Below are positions 42,901-52,971 of a stretch of DNA of 64,000 nucleotides, piece after piece. Position numbers and translations under genes: made by a program. Below the pieces are notes generated by a model. It was not told the DNA's origin and did not search any database. It saw only the letters and a program-made list of their open reading frames with translations. Location of the stretch: NCBI GenBank assembly GCA_008690995.1, contig VRMN01000010.1:434001-498000 (forward strand), written 5' to 3'. Origin of the DNA: Porphyridium purpureum. Taxonomy: Eukaryota. Numbering within the stretch: the stretch's first letter is position 1; every line of letters starts with the position of its first letter.

Positions 42901-44651
42901 ACGACGGCCTGGACCCGTGCCTGATGGAGCTCGACCAGTCTAGTGCTCCAGATTCCATTGGTGTGTTCGACTGTGCGGCGTTGCTGGATGAGGTTCAAGC
43001 GGAAAGGCGTGGCAGCGCGAGTGCTTCCAAAGTGCCAGCCAGTACCCCGTCAAGGCACGACCAGGTTCCCGAGGCGGATGACGATGGCGCGGACAAAGTA
43101 GCGCGCATTTCTAGGGCGCTGCAAAGTAGTGGGCGCCTGCATCCAGACAAGATGCGTGAGTTGTTTGAAGAATGGCTAAAGCAGCCAACTGTGACCGTCA
43201 AGGCGTCCTCGAATACCGTCACGGGTGCGGATCTCAACAGCGAAAGCCGTTTTCAGAAGCTGCGCGACGTGCTGCGCATGTTTGTAAATTCACGCGCGCA
43301 GGATTTAGAGAATCGCCTGGAGCACATTGTACAAGCGGGACAAAAAGGTGAGTTTGAATCTGGCACACACGAGCGCGCAGCACTTTACGCAGCGTGTGTG
43401 GCGCGCGGTGTGACGCAGCAAGACTTTGAGCGCTTCCTATTGCGCGCATGTTTCAAGGTGGCACGCGCAGAACAGGAGCCCGGCTCAACTGTGGGCGCGA
43501 TTGCCGCGCAAAGCATTGGCGAGCCCGGTACACAGATGACGCTCAAGACATTCCATTTTGCAGGCGTCGCCAGCATGAACATTACGCTTGGTGTGCCGCG
43601 CCTCAAGGAGATCATTAACGCAAGCAAGCAGATCTCGACCCCGATTATTGCGGCGTCACTCGTAAACGCATCAGACGTTGTGAATGCGCGTATTGTAAAG
43701 GGCCGTGTGGAGGCGTGTACGATTGGTCAGCTCGCCGTCTGGTTACGTGAGGTGTACAGAAGGAGTAAGGCTTACATGGCGATTAAGCTTGACATGGTCG
43801 CTATTTCCAAGCTCCAGCTTGACGTAAACGCGTTGTCCGTCCAGAAGGCGCTGCTCGCCACTCCAAAGCTAAAACTGAGCGAACAAGACGTCGAAATCTG
43901 CGCGCCGGACCTGCTGCGCGTTCACGCATACGTGCATCCGTCTACATTTGACGGGGATTACGAGCCGTACGCGTCGAAGCACGCCCGCACTCTGGGGCTT
44001 GGTATGTCCAGGTCAAAGGCCAAGACTAAATCCTACAAAGTGGACCTTCAGGCAAGAATGCAGCTGTTTCGGCGGCTTGTCCCTTCGGTGGTCGTCAGCG
44101 GTATCGCATCGGTGGAGCGTGTGGTCATAAACGACAAAGGAAGCTCACAATATGAACTGCTGGTGGAAGGCGACGACCTGTTGGGCGTCATGGCAGTTGC
44201 GGGCGTGCGCGGCACACATGTGACATGCAACCACATCATTTCGGTGGAGCATGCGCTGGGTATCGAGGCTGCGCGCGCAACGATCATGTCCGAAGTACAG
44301 TACACAATGCAGAGCCATGGCATGACGATCGATCCGCGCCACATTATGTTACTGGCAGACGTGATGAGCTACCGCGGCGAAATTCTGGGCATCACACGGT
44401 TTGGTATTGTCAAGATGAAGACGTCCACGCTGATGCTCGCCTCGTTTGAGATGACCGTTGATCACCTCTTCGACGCTGCGGTGCATAATCGTCGCGACGA
44501 CATTGTTGGTGTCTCGGAGTGCATCATCATGGGCGTGCCTATTCCTCTCGGCTCGGGCATTTTTAAAGTTCTGCGTGACACGCAGCGTGACGTTATGCCC
44601 AAGACACGCAGCGTGTTCATGAGCGAGCATGGCATGAACTTGAACCTCTGA
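39927..44651 (+). CDS. RPC1: DNA-directed RNA polymerase III largest subunit
   Basis: [56 protein letters not shown].GVPR and LASFE; no CTD heptads. Confidence 0.97.
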   Translation: [1574 protein letters not shown]

Positions 44652-45229
44652 CAGCTTTAATCTGCCGTTGCGCGCGAAACAACACGCTAGTTGCTGGAAT
44701 GTAGATCTTACATTGACAGAATGCACGCAAGGCATGGCCATGCACACAGAGGGAAAAGGCTCGTCCAATATTGCTCTAGTTTCATCCATAGGGATACAAT
44801 TACGAAGAAGGAAGGCATGAGTTACAGAATAATTCAATAATTTTGTGAATACACTTCGCGCATGCATGAACTCTAACCGATCATGCCTATCCTTATATCA
44901 AAGATACTCCAAGCTCATGCGCACGCGCACGAGCGTTTGAGGTCGACAATCAGTTTTCGTCTGCCGCCTTGCCCGGGTTGGTCTGATGTCGCTGCGACGT
45001 ATCGACGAATGACGCGTCCAAGTTGTGGACTTCATCGAATGTCATTTTGGTGCATCTCGCCAACCAGGAATGTTCGAGCCACGGCGCGCGCACAAATCGT
45101 TTATGACGAGATGAATAATACAACAACATCCCAGGCTCCACGTGGATTGCAAGCTCATCGTGAAGCATGCTTCGATGCTTTCAGAACGACTTCTGTCAAA
45201 GAAATGGCACAGCCGCAGCAATGCTCTTG

Positions 45230-46495
45230 CTATGTGACAGGATCGGCACTCGCGAAATTCGTGGCAATTTTCCGCATGAGATGATCTCCGTATCGAATTG
45301 GTTTGAAGACGCACTTCGAGTCCTGGACACTCGCGCTGTCATCATAGCCTGTCATGTTCATGTGCAGAGGCACAATCACCGCGTCAAAGTTGGGTTCGAA
45401 AAAGAATGGAATCGAGAGGCGGCCCTTGGCATCCTCCGCGGTCTTTCCAGGACTTGTGATCTCTGGGGCGCGCACACGATGCGGTGTGGCCCGCAGCCGT
45501 CCTCCCGTCCAAACCTCGAGCATGTCACCAACATTAACTGCGAGCGCACCCGGTATAGGCGGCACAGCAACCCACTGACCACTGGAGAGCTGCGCTTCGA
45601 GGCATTCTTGGTGGTGCGATGTCGGCTCTTGGTTGAGAATGGTCAGCATGCCATAGTCCGTGTGCTCACCGCAGCCTTGGTCGTGTCCGTCCATCGAGCG
45701 GCATACCGGCGGGTACCGAATGAGCCGCAAAACCCAGAATGAGCGATCAAAGTACGGCTCAAAAAAACGGGCGTCATGGATGCCCATCCGGGAGCCCATG
45801 CCGAGCGCGAGGCCGTGCATGACCCGCGCGCCGAGCGAAAGCATGGCGGGCACGTACTCGAAGTGGAAAAACTCGCGGATCTGAGGGAGCAGTTCAGCAG
45901 GCCACTGATTGAGGCCCGCCATGGGCTCGCCGCCTGCGCAGTCTGTAGGATGGCGGTGTGCGGTGTCGATCTCGCGGTACGCATCCAGTGCTTCGTGCTG
46001 GTCATGGCGGCCCTGCGTCACATTTTCGCCCACCTGTTGGAAACCGCGCGCGTGTGATGCGCAGTGGCGCACTGAAATGCGCTGCTTTGCTGCCAGCGGC
46101 AGGTCGAAGAAGCGCGTCGCATGCTCCCGCGCCAATGCGAGCAGACGCTCAGGCACTCCATGATGAATGACGTAGAATAAGCCTACCTGCGAGGCCGCAT
46201 GAAACAAAGCCTCGCCGGCGCGCCGCTGTGCTTCTTCATCCTTGCGACGGCACACGATATGATCCGCGCTGCAATCTGCGGCGCGTGCCGCACGGACGGC
46301 GCATGTTCCGTGATCATCAAGCAGCGCCCCTACGTCCACTACTGGAACAAGCGTGCGTGAATTTTCGGGCACGTTTGACACGAGCGATCGACGAGTTGCA
46401 CCTGCACGCTCACGAGAAGCCCTTCTCGAAACGTGGCGCCGTGAGGAGCCGGCACGCCGCAGCAGCTGCTGCCGACTCGGACGCACACGCAACAT
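45230..46495 (-). CDS. 2-oxoglutarate/Fe(II) dioxygenase (IPNS/DIOX-like)
   Basis: VPVVD, GLFYVIHHGVP, LRLIRYP, GEHTDYG, NVGDML, HRV and RLSIPFFFEPNFD. Confidence 0.92.
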   Translation of the reverse strand: MLRVRPSRQQLLRRAGSSRRHVSRRASRERAGATRRSLVSNVPENSRTLVPVVDVGALLDDHGTCAVRAARAADCSADHIVCRRKDEEAQRRAGEALFHAASQVGLFYVIHHGVPERLLALAREHATRFFDLPLAAKQRISVRHCASHARGFQQVGENVTQGRHDQHEALDAYREIDTAHRHPTDCAGGEPMAGLNQWPAELLPQIREFFHFEYVPAMLSLGARVMHGLALGMGSRMGIHDARFFEPYFDRSFWVLRLIRYPPVCRSMDGHDQGCGEHTDYGMLTILNQEPTSHHQECLEAQLSSGQWVAVPPIPGALAVNVGDMLEVWTGGRLRATPHRVRAPEITSPGKTAEDAKGRLSIPFFFEPNFDAVIVPLHMNMTGYDDSASVQDSKCVFKPIRYGDHLMRKIATNFASADPVT

Positions 46496-47940
46496 GATCA
46501 AGCAATAAACCGCGGCCAATCCAGCCACCACCACGTGCAATGCCCCCCGTCTATCCCGTCAAGCTCTCGGCGCGATGACCGCGCTGCTCATGATCGTGGC
46601 GTCGCGCGGTCTTCGCATGCATCCGTTCCACGCACTACTTGCGACTCCTTCCTATCGCACGCCCATTCACTTACAGACACCCGGATCCTTCTTCTAAACA
46701 CTGGCTGCTCCAGCTCCCGCCATGTGCGTGTGCGTGTGTGTATCTCAAACGAAGCACGCTTTGTGCAGAGCTGTTTACAGTTTGTCATTCTACGCGCCTG
46801 CGCATGATGAGGAAACCGCCACGTCTGTCGCAGCAACAGACCTCATGCCCCCCTCGGTTTGACAAGTCGAGTTTATCCTTCAAGCACCACGTGGTGAAAA
46901 TGCATACACTCACCCATCAATCCAGTGAAAACATGGTCAACCACATCCATTTTACGTATCCACCATCACAACGGGGGTCATGCGTTATATGCTCAAACGC
47001 ATCGAAACGGACCAAGCGGATGAAAAAGAGGGGGAAAGAATAATCACGGTGTTCGTGCGCTCGATAACGGTCGTGGCAGGGTGATTCTGGGTGAGCGTTC
47101 GTCTGAACAAACACGCCAGGAATGGGGGGGGGGGGAACAAGCGAGCGTCCACGAACTCATCATCGAGCGGCAGGAAAGTGTTGGCCGAAAAAAGCTCGAT
47201 CGTTCCTCCGCCTTTTCATTCCTCCTTCACGCCCGTGTTCTTAGTGAGGATTGAACGTGCACGCTCACACATCAAACATGCAAGTTGATGGCGAACCAAA
47301 AAATATCGTAGAAAACACCGCGCCACCGCGTTTGTTTCATATCCTCGTCGGCTTTTTGGCGATAATAACGCTCACTTTACACACTGACAAGCACATGGAC
47401 AAAAGCACGAAAAAATCTACTCTTCCGCTCGATGAAAAGCCGCGAAACGGAGGGTGGTTTTGTGCCGAAAGGGGGCAGGAACGGGTGAGAATTAGTGCCG
47501 GCGTAGTAAACGCGGTGAGAGTGATTTTCGCAGACTTGCGGTCATTCTGCTCGCTTGTCATCGTTCTTCTGTCGGTATGGTGAGTTGGTCATGGGCGCAT
47601 CACGCTCGATCACTGTGCTGCGGCAACAAAGCTCCTTATTTACAGCTCGAAACGTGCGCGTGTCTGTGTGATCCTGTGTGATCCGACGTAGATTCGGAGC
47701 CACCACGCACGCAGCAGAAGAATTTATGCGTTTTGGCCGTCATTTTGAATTTTTGTGCTTTGGTTTTTTATGTCGCTGCTCGTTCGGTTGCCGTGTGGCG
47801 CTCGCTGTTGCAGTGGGGCGTCCATGGGCAAATCGAGAAGCGTGGCCTCATTCCCACATCCGCAATCACAATCGCTTTAACCCCCCTCACACGCACAATC
47901 TTTGTGAAGTGGTTGCGAAGTGGTGGACAACGCCTGTCGA

Positions 47941-49593
47941 ATGCGGGTGTCTGAATTGCGGACGAGTCACGGTGTTCATTTGTGGTGCATAGTAGACAAG
48001 GGAGAGGATAGGGAGATGGCGTATATAGACAGCTTCCGACGCACGGAGCAGGCAAGCCGGAAGGTTAGAAGACCTGCGCGGATGAAGCAACCCAAGCACC
48101 GGAGTTTCGCGGTGTTGACGTTCGAGGAGGCGATGCGAGAGGGCCAGGTTGTGCTCATGGATCACGTACAGAATCAGATGGAAAGCGGTTGCAGACCGAA
48201 GATGTCCTCCCAAGCGACTCGTGCAGTCGCCAACTCCCTATTTATGGACTGCCTTCCCGCTGTCGAGAGGAACGCGCCGGCGGAAGAGGACGGCCGAGCG
48301 CTGGTGCGGTTGTACTCGGGAAACTCATCAATGGATTCCGAGTCGCTTGACACCGTCAGTGCTTCTGGCAGAAGTCCGTGTCCGCCGTTGGGTCATTTGC
48401 ACCCACCGCCACCCTATCCATCATATGCGCCAACTGCGTGGAGTCATCATGCGCGTCGTATCACGCCCATGTCACAATATTGGTATCAAAGTGCTCCGGA
48501 GGGCACAAAGTACAGAGCATCGCATGAATATGATGATAGAATGACGTGTGGCAGCCCGCGCGACGAAGCGGCAGAGTTCATGGTACGGGAGAGGCCCAGC
48601 TACGCAGGAGGGCCTTCGTATCCGAAGACACACAGGATGAATATGATGACGGGACAGCGTCATCTCCCGAGCCCATGGAATGCGCACCATCATCCGCCCA
48701 TGTACCCAGCCAACTTCTCTCCAGTGAGCGCATGGGCGAGTGAACAGCAAATGCGACCCCACAGGCAACCAGAACATCATTTACAACATCGTCAGTTCCC
48801 CGCCGTTCATTTTCAGCATGGCTACGCGCAGGCTTTCCCACCTCAGCACACATGGAATCATGGCCAGGGAAGAACAAGCTCACTGCAGAACGCGCAACTG
48901 TGGAACCAAATGCAGTTCGTGGAACAAGCTGCGAGTGACAGCCGATCGATGTTTTGCATCCGGCCAGCCGTTTCGCAAGTGCCAAGGCCTCAGGTGGTAG
49001 TTGCATCGATCGATCGATCGCCACTGCGCCCTGGCAACGTTGCCTCCTTTCAGACAGGAGCTATGCAGAGCAGCAACGCGTATATTGGTATGTCTGAGAG
49101 CGCTCAAGCTACAGGTGAAAGCACAGAGCGGGGTGAGGATAGGACAAACGGTCTGACTCTACACCTCCGGCCGACACAGCCCTCGCGTGGAGAGCACAAA
49201 ATGAAATTGCGTACGCGCAAAAGCTCATGGTCGCCCGAGGAGGACAAACTTCTTCTTGCCGAGGTTCAGAGGCATGGCAAGGGTGTCTGGAAGCTGATTG
49301 CACGAGAAAAATTTAGTGGCCCAAGGTATTTTCGGACTTCAGGCCAGCTGCGCACGCGCTACGTGAACCAGATCATGCCGTCACGCTCATCCCTGATCTG
49401 GGTCGAAGCCGAAGACGCCGCCTTGCTTTCATTACACGCACGACACGGCACGAGCTGGACGCATATCGCACAGCTGATGGGCACGCGCACGGAGAATGAT
49501 TGCAAAAATCGTTTTCGCAAGTTGATGCGTCAGATGAAGCAGGAAAAGCGGGAGACGTTCAAGACAAGGACTTCAGCACCAGAGCTTGGATAA
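47941..49593 (+). CDS. MYB transcription factor with two C-terminal MYB repeats (start uncertain)
   Basis: WSPEEDKLL..V..HG...W and W..AED..L..LH..HGTSW..IA..MG.RTENDCKNR. Confidence 0.85.
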   Translation: MRVSELRTSHGVHLWCIVDKGEDREMAYIDSFRRTEQASRKVRRPARMKQPKHRSFAVLTFEEAMREGQVVLMDHVQNQMESGCRPKMSSQATRAVANSLFMDCLPAVERNAPAEEDGRALVRLYSGNSSMDSESLDTVSASGRSPCPPLGHLHPPPPYPSYAPTAWSHHARRITPMSQYWYQSAPEGTKYRASHEYDDRMTCGSPRDEAAEFMVRERPSYAGGPSYPKTHRMNMMTGQRHLPSPWNAHHHPPMYPANFSPVSAWASEQQMRPHRQPEHHLQHRQFPAVHFQHGYAQAFPPQHTWNHGQGRTSSLQNAQLWNQMQFVEQAASDSRSMFCIRPAVSQVPRPQVVVASIDRSPLRPGNVASFQTGAMQSSNAYIGMSESAQATGESTERGEDRTNGLTLHLRPTQPSRGEHKMKLRTRKSSWSPEEDKLLLAEVQRHGKGVWKLIAREKFSGPRYFRTSGQLRTRYVNQIMPSRSSLIWVEAEDAALLSLHARHGTSWTHIAQLMGTRTENDCKNRFRKLMRQMKQEKRETFKTRTSAPELG

Positions 49594-50113
49594 TCTAGAG
49601 ATTGTGACGCGACTAGTACCTTCCAGGAGAAGGCCTAGTGTGCAATCACAACGATCAATTTCTTAGCTCCACGAGTCGAGTCTTCTTTTGTTTATGGCTG
49701 CAGTCGACCTATCTCGAAAGTATCCTTTTCTGTGGTTCCAAAACATAGGGACACACACACACAGGTTCGCTGATACTCTTCAAAGGTCGAAAGCCAGATA
49801 TATAAATCGTCTGTTCCAGAATGCGAAAGAAAAGTTCCGCGTATACATACGTACATTCCCTGTGCTGCTCAACATGCTGAGCGACATCGAGAAGCATCGC
49901 CGAACAGAAACAAATGCAAGTCGCAACTACTCCACAAAAAGGCGCCATTTTGACGTTTTTTAAACTGTACTTATTGGCTCAGACCGATAAACCGATAATG
50001 TTTGGACGGGCTCGTTGGTCTGAACGAGGTGCGTATCTTCCGTGACTTTGCACTACGTTCGCCACAGATTGTTCTTATTGTTATCCGTTCGACCGCAGTC
50101 ACCTAGAACGGTT

Positions 50114-50344
50114 CGGTAGGCCGCTAAACCGGTAAGCCTCTAAACCGGTAGGCCGCTAAACCGGTAGGCCGCTAAACCGGTAGGCCGCTAAACCGGTAGG
50201 CCGCTAAACCGGTAGGCCGCTAAACCGGTAAGCCGCTAAACCGGTAAGCCGCTAAACCGGTAGGCCGCTAAACCGGTAGGCCGCTAAACCGGTAGGCCGC
50301 TAAACCGGTAGGCCGCTAAACCGGTAAGCCTCTAAACCGGTAAG
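50114..50344. repeat. 16-bp minisatellite TAAACCGGTA(G/A)GCC(G/T)C x about 14
   Basis: TAAACCGG recurs every 16 nt from 50125 to 50333; no spacers. Confidence 0.97.
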
Positions 50345-50393
50345 ATATTAAACCGTTAGACCGTTTAACCTTTTCCAGAAGCTTCTAGACGTA

Positions 50394-51360
50394 CAGAAGT
50401 GCCGATGATGTGCTTTGTTATTTCTCTTGGCGCCGTGCTGTCCCTGGCGGAAGTAAGGGTATAAAAAGGCGACAATCCTGTCCGGACTAGCCGGTCAGGC
50501 CTTGCTCCAAGAAAGAAAATAGTAAAGGCACAGCATTGGAAACACTTTTTCACTCATTACCCTGCATTCTTTCCCGAACATAGATCTATGCACTAACTGT
50601 AGCCGACCTTCGGCTGTTCGAGACCGTTCGTGCATCCTGTCGGAGCCCAATGTGTAACAAACAGGGATGTTTCCTTATGCCGCAATTTTCTCCGGCGGAA
50701 GTGTGTCCTATCTGTTCCTTTTCATCGATTTCTCTCATTCACTTTTGTCTCACAACAAATGAGGTTGATCACACCACCAGGCGCGGTTTGAGCACGCAGA
50801 GATCGTTCCAGACAGTTAGTTGCGACATTCCGGTGCAGGTTGGCGCATCCTTGGACGCGCCACTTCCTCAAAAGAAACGTCCACTTTTACTTCATGGACG
50901 GGACCTCGATGTCTGCGAATTGTGTTTCCATGCTTCGGGATGACGACGTGGTGGGCCGGTTTCGTCAAATGGTGCACCCGAACTTGATACGTCGGCAGAA
51001 ATACGAACCAATGCGCACAGCAGTTACCCGCTGAAGAATTTCATGAATGATGAGAAAGTGGAGCTTCTAGACTAGCCAGCGTATTCGTCGGACTTTAACA
51101 TCATCGAAATCTTGTGGGAAAGTACTAGCGCGCAAGGTTAACAAGGGAGCAAGACGGTATCAGACGGTCTGGTGTTACCAATGCTGTGCCTTTACTCTCT
51201 TTCTGCGTCTTCTCCTTACCTCTTCTGTCTCCAAGCAACACCTGACCGGCTAGTCCGGGCAGGCGCGTTGCCCTTTTATACCGTTACTTCCGCCAGGGAC
51301 AGCAAGGCGCCACGAGAAATGACAATGCAAATCATTATCATTTCTGTGATGACATCGCTG
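50394..51360 (+). mobile_element. Degenerate Tc1/mariner (IS630) DNA transposon
   Basis: TA|CAG...CTG|TA ends; about 150-190 bp imperfect TIRs (50394-50545 vs 51171-51360); transposase relic inside. Confidence 0.8.
50830..51120 (+). pseudogene. Tc1-type DDE transposase fragment
   Basis: FYFMDGTSMSANCVSML and VELLD*PAYSSDFNIIEILW, matching consensus WPxxSPDLNPIENLW with W->TAG at 51073; frameshifted. Confidence 0.8.
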
Positions 51361-52971
51361 TACGCCCCAACGGCGAGACCGGCAGCGGTTCGGTCCCTGT
51401 CACCAGGGCGCCGCAGGCGGTCGGGCTGGATGGAGACGCTCCGTTGGGGCAGCTAGTTTGCCCGACGGCGAAGACGCGGGAGGGGGCGCGACCCCTCACC
51501 TCCACTCGGGCGACCCCTCCGCAGGGCCGTGCCCGCACGGCAGAAGCGAAGTGCAGTGCAGCGGCTCTATTTAAGCGCCAACCTCCTCTCGCCTGGCGAC
51601 TCGGCTCCACTTGGATACAGGCTAAGAGGAAAGGTCTTTCGGTTCAGTAAAAGAGAATGGCCTTCTACTACAATCTGCACCACGGCGCTGCCTCTACCTC
51701 TCATGATTTTCTGCACGCCTAGAAGATTCTGGAACCTCTAGCAGCTGCTAGAAACGGTTTAATGGTCTACCGGTTCAACGGCTTAACGGTTTTAGATTAA
51801 CCGAACCGTTCTAGGTGACTGGGGTCCAACGGATAACGGCTGGAGTTCAAACATGCCGCCATTCTGGCTTGGGAGACTTTGGACCAATGTGTTCTAGCCA
51901 ATTTGAGCGCGTCTCTGTCGAAACGCATATTCAACTGTGCGTATCTTCGACGCGCATACCCGCAAGGAAATTGTGACCGATTCCGATTTTCTGTGGGTGA
52001 GAAAAGGCCGGGCATTTTCCGTGTCCCCTATCCGGGTCTCCATCCCGACAGGTTCCCTTTTCACCCGACCTTTATTCTTTTCGCTGTGAAATGGATCATT
52101 TCACGCGTAAACCGTCAAAACAGAACTATCCCCAATCTGCTTTGGTCTCGCCTTACGTGCTTAACACATCACGCAAGAATATTCCGTCTTATGATTTTAG
52201 AAGCAGCGTGAGGCTGCGGTGGGTCCGATGTCCTTGCCACAACGCGAGGCGCAAGGAAAATGAGATAAGATATCGGTGACGAGGACAGAGTTTGCATTTT
52301 TCAAGACGTATCGGGAGTAGAGTGAGGTGTTCCGGTCCTCGTTTGTGTTAACGTACGCACTGGCCGTATGGTGCCGGGCGTCGGGCGCTTGGGGGCAAGG
52401 TGGTCCGAAGTTTCGCTGAGATTGAGAGACAAATAGCCGTTGGACGAAGGGCGAAACCTGCTTCGATCGCCAGATTTGTGAAACACGATCAGCCTATAAT
52501 TGTTTCATTCCTGGAAGAGAGGATCGAGAGAGCTACATCTGTGATACCAAAGGATCAGTTTCTTGCGAACCTCGGAAAAGAGTCTGGCCCCCTCGGCGTC
52601 CCGCGTGTTTCAAAAGTTCTAATCGAACGGTTCTATTTTCGGCTAAAACGGATATCAATGGTAGAGGTTTACCGCGCCCTTACGCCCACGAGGCGTTTTG
52701 CTCAATTGTTTGACGATGGCCTCACGATGTCGATTCTTGGTTTGAGGCAAAGAGAAACGGTCGGCTTGGAGGAAAAAAAATCATGGAATGGCCCATTGTT
52801 CGAAGTGACTGTACGCTTCGCGGATAAGAAGGCCAGTGCAAATCAGCGGCATCGGTGCAGACTTTTGAGTTCATCCACTCTTCGGAGGAGGGCAAGAAGT
52901 TTCATGCGACAGCGAATGACAGATTTGACGTGCCACTGGTGTGCAAAAACTCTGTCCTTTAGACACATGGG

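Larger units (their letters stand above)
50080..51837. mobile_element. Non-autonomous inverted-repeat element (hAT/foldback-like) containing a Tc1 remnant
   Basis: 50096-50117 CAGTCACCTAGAACGGTTCGGT is the exact reverse complement of 51800-51821; the IR extends to 38 bp with 2 mismatches; subterminal AAACCG/AACGG repeats; no TSD seen. Confidence 0.75.

Noticed and set aside
39927..44651. RPB1 or RPA1 assignment
   Set aside because: No CTD heptads; FHIGY, [21 protein letters not shown] and [12 protein letters not shown] signatures indicate Pol III
50114..50344. CRISPR array
   Set aside because: Units are head-to-tail 16-mers with no unique spacers, there are no cas genes, and the context is eukaryotic
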